A DNA stretch of 59,672 nucleotides, from contig NGBS01000307.1 of NCBI GenBank assembly GCA_002245135.1, forward strand, positions 62,001 through 121,672. The letters run 5' to 3'. Shown here piece after piece: positions 53,579 through 59,672 of the stretch; the first letter of the stretch is position 1; each line of letters opens with the position of its first letter. The position numbers and the translations under genes are program-made. Under the pieces are notes generated by a model that was not told the origin of the DNA, ran no database searches, and saw only the letters and a program-made list of their open reading frames with translations. Source of the stretch: Proteromonas lacertae. Lineage: Eukaryota.

Positions 53579-54802
53579 TTATGTATACGATGTTAATTCT
53601 TCTTCAGTATTTTCTATTTCATCAATTTTGCCGTTATTAGCTTTATTCAAAAAATTAGGGAATGTTTTTGGTAATTGTGGAATATTAGGTATTGTTTTTT
53701 CTTCCTTTATCTTTTTCTTATCGTCACACTCAACATATCCATTACTATATACTATAGTTTGTTTCGGTTTAGGCCTTTGCTTTAAAACAGTTTCTAATTC
53801 ATTAATCGTATTCTGAGTTGGAGGTTTACTAACATTAATAACTAAATTACTCATTTTAATCTTTTCTATTGGTTTAGTTGATGAATATCCCTGAAATATA
53901 TCTTCATTAAATTCATTTATTTCATTCATATTATTTTCACCTGCTTTACTTTGATAATTATCTGTATGATATTCTATACCCAAATCACAATCATTACTAT
54001 TATGAATTGGATTGATATTCATTGAATTATCTTCTAATACTTCTTCAGTTTTGACAGTATTATAATTTTCATATAATTGATGCAGTTTATGTAATTTTGT
54101 CACAATATTTGATATATCATCATTATTTATTTCTTCATTTTTATATTCTATTGTTTTATAGCATGAATATAACTCACATTGTAATTCATATAAGAATGAA
54201 TCTGTTTTATTTTCACAACTAATAATAATAACAATATATAATACTCTATTGTCAGTTGTTCATATTTCTTTCTTTCTGTGATTATTTCTTTTATAGAATC
54301 AATTAACAACTTAAATATATTTTCATTATAAGATGAAAATGATAATAAATATTTAAATACTGATAATAAATGACTAATATTCGATAGACTATAATATTCA
54401 ACATCATGCTCAGAAAATGGAATTAACGAATGAGGAATTTTTGAAGGTTCAATAGATAATTTCAATTGATTTATCAAAGCCATAGCTTGGTTTATCAACA
54501 ATCTTCTAAATGGAAGAACTACAATAATAATTCACTTTAAATATAGATACTGTGTGTTGGGGCTTTATTTTCTCTTTTTATTTGATTTATTTCTATTCTT
54601 TCAATTGGAGGCAACTTTGCTGATAAACTATATCCTTTATTTAATAGATAATACTATTATAAATACCTTTATCACAACACGATTCTTCTAATAAAATTCT
54701 ATATATACTGTTGAATTCCATAATATAAACTTCTGCAATGCTTTTTATTATCGCTTGTCTATCAATGAATTGATTTTCTTCATCATTTTTATCTTCCATC
54801 AT
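53579..54802 (-). CDS. Hypothetical multi-exon protein; start uncertain (54802 with a -1 shift, or 54721)
   Basis: ORFs 53579..54103 and 54148..54501 plus upstream exons joined by short GT-AG introns. Confidence 0.55.
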
Positions 54803-54876
54803 CACCAATTTTTTATTTGAAATATCAAACCTGTTTGAATGAAAGATTCTATTTGATTTTTTTATGTTTTTGTAAG

Positions 54877-57800
54877 ATGAAAGGGATATCTATGCTCAAA
54901 AATTTGGTCAGCAGTTTTGTTGACGAAATAGCTAAGAATTATGATATACCAGAAAAGCCTGCTGCCTCTGGTGGTCCTGGTTTTGGTTGGCAAGTATTGC
55001 AATGAGTTTATAATTATATAGATATTTCCTGGTACGAGTAAAGCTACAAAAGAAAAGGTTTGTGTTTTTGTATTTGATAAAGATAGTCAATTGAAAGATG
55101 TACCAAAGAATATGAAAGAACAATTAATGGATATATATAGACGTGATGCAAAGAAGTTAAGAACGTATAAAATTTATTGTTTATTTGGTTAGTCTAAGAC
55201 ATCCAAATGTAATTAGAGTTGTGGATGTATTAGAAGAGAATAAAAAATATATCGCAGTAGTAACGGAGCCAATTTTATGTTCAGTGGCTAATATATGTAA
55301 GAATTTTACAAATATTCCATTTGATTCTGTTCCTATGGAGCTTAAGTCTCAAATTTAACACCATTTGAAATAACATGTGGTTTAGTATATAATATAAAAA
55401 TTATTTCTTTTTTAATAGATGCATTTAACAAATGCAGTATCATTCCTTCATAAAACAGCCAAAATTGCTCATTTAGATATATGTCCACAAAATATTTATA
55501 TAACACCCAATGGTACATGGAAAATAGGTGGTTTTGGTTTTGCTTCTCCATTAGGAGCTGGTGAAGATCATCCTTGTCCATACTTTGAAAATGGTGTTCA
55601 AGTATAACATATTGTTATTGCTATTATATATAGTCTGCCGGTCGTTTTACTTTACAACCTTGCTTACCCTATTGTGCACCAGAATTAACAGTAACAGGTT
55701 CTTCAACTTACAATAGTTCAAGTGATATGTGGAGTCTAGGTTGTTTAACATGGTCATTATTTACTTTAGGTGAAAAAGAAGATGGTTCATTAACCGAATT
55801 AATACCAGTTGATGATAATAATCCATTAACACATCAATATCGTTCAAAAGCAATATTTCCACTTAATCTTGATCATTGTCCTGATGTAGTTAAACAACCA
55901 CTTAGAAAATTAATTGAAATTTCTCCAATTAATAGATTGACAGCTGATGAATATCTTTCAACTCCATTCTTTGATAGTGGTCCAGTTCATACAATGAAAA
56001 CTATTGAATCTTTATTAGAGCAAGATATTGACACTCAGATTAATGTTTTATCTTCATTATATAAACAATTAGAACCATTTCCTGTTAGTTTATTACAGAC
56101 AATGATTTTAACTCCAATTGTTGAAGTATATATTTATTAATATATAATTTTCATATAGCTTGCAAAAAGTGAGAATTTACATCCATATGTTCTTCCCAAT
56201 TTATTATTCATTACTTCAAAAGTTGATAGTGAAACATTTACAGCCAAAATTGCACCATCTTTAGTACCAATCATAACACGAGAAAAAGACACATCTGATA
56301 GAAGTAACAAGTGTTTAATGATAATAATCAATTCATTGGAAGATGTATTAAAGAAAGCAAGTCCTGCATTTATTAGAGATTATATTACTCCTCATGTTAT
56401 TACTAAATCATTGAAAAGTGGAGTTAAAGAAATACAGGAAAATGTATTAGATTCAATGGATTGTATTACTAAATTAGTTGATTTTAGAACAATTCAGACT
56501 GTTATATTTCCACAGTATATTTATAATTAAAATTATTAATAAATAGAATTCAACAAATGGCTGGTAGTTGTAATAGTATAGCTGTAAGATTAAAATGTAT
56601 AAATTGTGTATCAAAAATATTTAAATCATTTGATAAAGTTGCTGTTCAAGATCAAGTGTTAGGAATGTTGAAGAATGTATATTTGTTTATATAACGAATA
56701 TAATAGATTATTGCTGCAGATCGTCAAGCTGTAGTTTTAATGGCTGTTTTAGAGTGTTATGATGCTGTTTCTGAATTCTTAGGTCCTGAACCAACATCTA
56801 GATTGATTTTACCTAAATTAGTTTATTTATTATATGAAAATGCATTGAATGAAGATCAATTTGAAAGATTTATTTCTACTATTAGAGTATATCATTATGA
56901 TTATATATATATATATATATATATAGAAAATGATAGATGCAATTCATAATGATAGAATAGTGACAATCAGAGAAACACAAAAGATATCTGTATCAATGGA
57001 GAATGGTACAGGTAATGACATGTTTACTGCAAGAAGTGGAAGTAGTGATTTTACATCTCAATTCCAACAATTAGGAAATAATAGTAATTCAATGGGAATA
57101 GGATATGAAATGAATGATGGAATGATTAGTAGTGGATTTGATACATCCAAACCTTTACCTCCTCCACCACTTCCATCAAAACCCCAAACCACCCATCTGA
57201 TCCATTTGGTGAATTGGGAAGTACATCTTCAGCCAATAACAACAATAGCAGTGATTTATTTGGTGGAATGAGTAGTAATGATAATGATATGGGTAATATG
57301 AATAATAATAATAATAGTGATATGTTTAGTGATATGTCAACTAATAATAATACAAGTTCTGATATGGGAATGTCATTAGATATGAATAATGAACCAACAC
57401 CTTCATCATCTTCAATGGATATGTCAATGCCTTCAATGTCTTCAACAAGTAATAATTCTTCAGATATGATGATGGGAAGTGGTTTTAATGATGATATATT
57501 GAATGTAGCTGGAAAGAAACCTGCTGCACCTAAGAAGAAGGTTGTAATAAAAGCAAAACCAAAGATTGTTGGTAAAGTATCAGGTAGTAAACCACCAGCT
57601 CCTAAAGCTGTTATTAAATCAACTAATAAACCAAATCTTGATTTTGGAGAAATAGGAGGTAGTAGTGGAGGTAGTATGGGGATGGATATGAATATGAATA
57701 TGGGAAGTGGAGGAATGGATATGGGTAGTAGTAGTGGAGGTATGGGAATGGATATGGGAATGAATAGTGGTGGTGGAATGAATATGGGAATGGATATGGG

Positions 57801-57984
57801 AAGTGGTGGTATGAATATGGATATGGGTAATAGCAGTGGTATGAATATGGGAATGAATATGGGAATGGGTAATGATGATCCATTTGCCTCTGGAAGTGAC
57901 GATATGTTTGGAATGGGAGGAGGGAGTGGAGGAATGAATATGAACAATAATAATAGTAATGGTAATGATCCTTTCGGATTTTAA
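54877..57984 (+). CDS. SCY1/SCYL2-like pseudokinase with HEAT repeats and Met/Gly-rich C-terminal tail; shifts near 55350 (-1), 57183 (+1), 57193 (+1)
   Basis: ASGGPGFGWQIF, VCVFVFDK, LRHPNVIRVV, VTEPILCSVAN, FLHKTAKIAHLDICPQNIYITPNGTWKIGGFGF, PYCAPEL, SDMWSLGCL and ILPKL...LNEDQF are typical of SCYL2/SCY1. Confidence 0.88.
57652..57945 (+). repeat. Coding degenerate tandem repeat, GM(G/N/D)M motifs
   Basis: Repeated units such as ATGAATATGGGA and ATGGATATGGG encoding the Met/Gly-rich tail. Confidence 0.85.
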
Positions 57985-58263
57985 CTTTTACATTTGTTTT
58001 TTGTTTTATTTCATGTATGATTTTTATTTTTTATGTAGAATATCATAAAAATATTCATCTTCTTATTGAGTAATAAGTAGAATTAAGTATAGTTACATAA
58101 ATAATTCACAATAATAGTTTCATTACTTGTTAACAAATAAAATAATAATATATGTCTAATAATAATCGCAATAAATCATTTTCCTTATGATATTTTCAAT
58201 AGCAACCAAATTCCAAGCACGGTAGAATATTATTATAATGACTATTCTCTCATTAGTAATACA

Positions 58264-58424
58264 CCATCAATTAATTTATATTTGATATTCTGACAATCCA
58301 GAATATACTAAACACTCTTAAAATCATACTTTTATACTTTCGTATTATTAACATCATCAACTTGACTAGAATTGTACGTCAAAGAGGTCATGAGGAGTAT
58401 ACACACATTATCTGATATTGTCAT
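58264..58424 (-). pseudogene. Truncated copy of the SH3BGR-like gene
   Basis: ATG at 58424, exon 1, intron 1 and half of exon 2 (..KLIDG), then unrelated sequence reading VLLMRE-stop. Confidence 0.8.
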
Positions 58425-58884
58425 AGAGAAATCATCAAAAATATCAAAAATACCATTAACACATGTTATATGTAACAATTCAAATTTCAAAAACAACATA
58501 TCTATTACTTGAACACATCATTATATCATATTATTCTATAATATTCCAGAATAAACCTGATTTAACAACTTTTCATCTGTTTTTGATCAAGAATCTCAAT
58601 TTTGCTTTTTCTAAAAATGCTTCTAATATATCATAATTTGATTTGATTTCTTCACAATACCTTATATGTGATATTAATATAAACATTTATATCAATAAGT
58701 ACACTTTTGTTGATTTCTTCTTAAAACTATAAAATACTCTATATAATAATACATCATAAAAATAAATAATAAATCAATACTTTTTAACTTCTGACAATTT
58801 TTTTGTTTTAAGGTAATTGTCTAAATGATTAATGAATGAAACGGACAAATTGTCAATGAAATAAAAAATCTTATTTTAACGACA

Positions 58885-59672
58885 ATGACAATAAAAAGTG
58901 TTCCTGTGCTAAAACAGATGGTGATTCTGTTAAAGAAGAATGCACTTCTATATATGAGAAGCCCAACTACGATATTTATGGAAGTGTTCTTACCAATTTA
59001 TGTTGTATTTTGGTTATGGGCTGTAAAGTTCAATTTTGATCCTGAGCTGGTTCAAATTCCTTCTATTCCAGCATCAAATCCTCAAAATATGATAGACGTA
59101 TGTTTTCTAGAAATATTCTGTTAGTGTTCCAAAGTAGCTAGATTTATTTCATATTATCCTCAGAATGATGCGACAAAACGATTGGTAACAGAAATAGAAA
59201 AGTATATAAATCTTTGTAATTTGATAGAACTATTGGTGTAAGTGAAGGGATTTTAATTGGATTTAATTCCTATGATGCTATGTATAGTAATTATGAGAAA
59301 ATCCATCCACATTATTCGCTACACTTGATTTAAGTGGTTACTCAGAAGAAAATCCTCGCTTTGCTCTGAGATATAACTATACCACTAACTATGGTATTTT
59401 TACACAAAATGATGCTTCAGCTGCTCGACTTGAGTATAATCAGATCCCTTTTCAGAAAGAATACATTTTCTTCTTAAATGGAATTTCCAGCTTAGAAGAA
59501 ATAATTTATAGATCAATCTATAACCTAAAAAACAGTCCAAAACTAACTTCTTCTCTCATTCAGGTATGATTATGAGATATCTTAAAATATACTAAAGTCA
59601 TCTAGTCGATTTGGATTCCTATCATCTGAAGCAGTGGTGAATATTCAGCAATATATTCTACCAATGTTGTTT
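58885..59672 (+). CDS. Second ABCA transporter copy, 5' part; runs off the window
   Basis: Same first exons as the 52659(-) gene (MTIKSVPVLKQMVILLKKNALL...), with the same short introns. Confidence 0.85.

Larger units (their letters stand above)
58264..59672. repeat. Right arm of the inverted duplication; continues beyond the window
   Basis: Reverse complement of 51868-53281. Breakpoint at CCATC (58264). Confidence 0.97.

Noticed and set aside
57126..57947. 273-aa Ile/Pro-rich minus-strand ORF (and 57623..57883)
   Set aside because: Antisense shadow of the Met/Gly repeat of the SCYL2-like gene.
58264..59672. Transposon terminal inverted repeats
   Set aside because: The arms are ordinary gene sequence, and no transposase or target-site duplication is visible.
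1..59672. CRISPR arrays, rRNA, transposase or reverse transcriptase genes, telomeric repeats
   Set aside because: None recognisable by eye.

Overview
Very AT-rich, gene-dense eukaryotic DNA with many tiny GT-AG introns (mostly about 26-36 nt) and GU-rich elements downstream of genes, including an exact TGTTTGTT. This fits a Blastocystis-like stramenopile, which is an inference. Half of the window is one intron-free 29.3-kb reading unit (5864-35123). After repairing about 10 single-base +1 shifts it encodes a roughly 9,750-aa secreted protein with PA14, filamin/Ig-like, FN3 and unnamed repeat modules. Other genes, in order: an axonemal-dynein-light-chain-domain/EF-hand protein, a tandem PsbP/DcrB-like protein, tRNA-Asn(GTT), cystinosin, a NEK-like pseudokinase-LRR, two hypotheticals, hyccin/FAM126, SF3B1 (one +1 shift), long-chain acyl-CoA synthetase, a full-size ABCA transporter, an SH3BGR-like gene missed by the ORF track, a hypothetical and SCYL2-like pseudokinase with a Met-rich tail. 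The window ends in a recent inverted duplication of the ABCA 5' end. The single-base shifts are most parsimoniously long-read consensus errors, but their +1 bias and clustering deserve a read-level check. All family assignments come from motif recognition by eye, not database searches.
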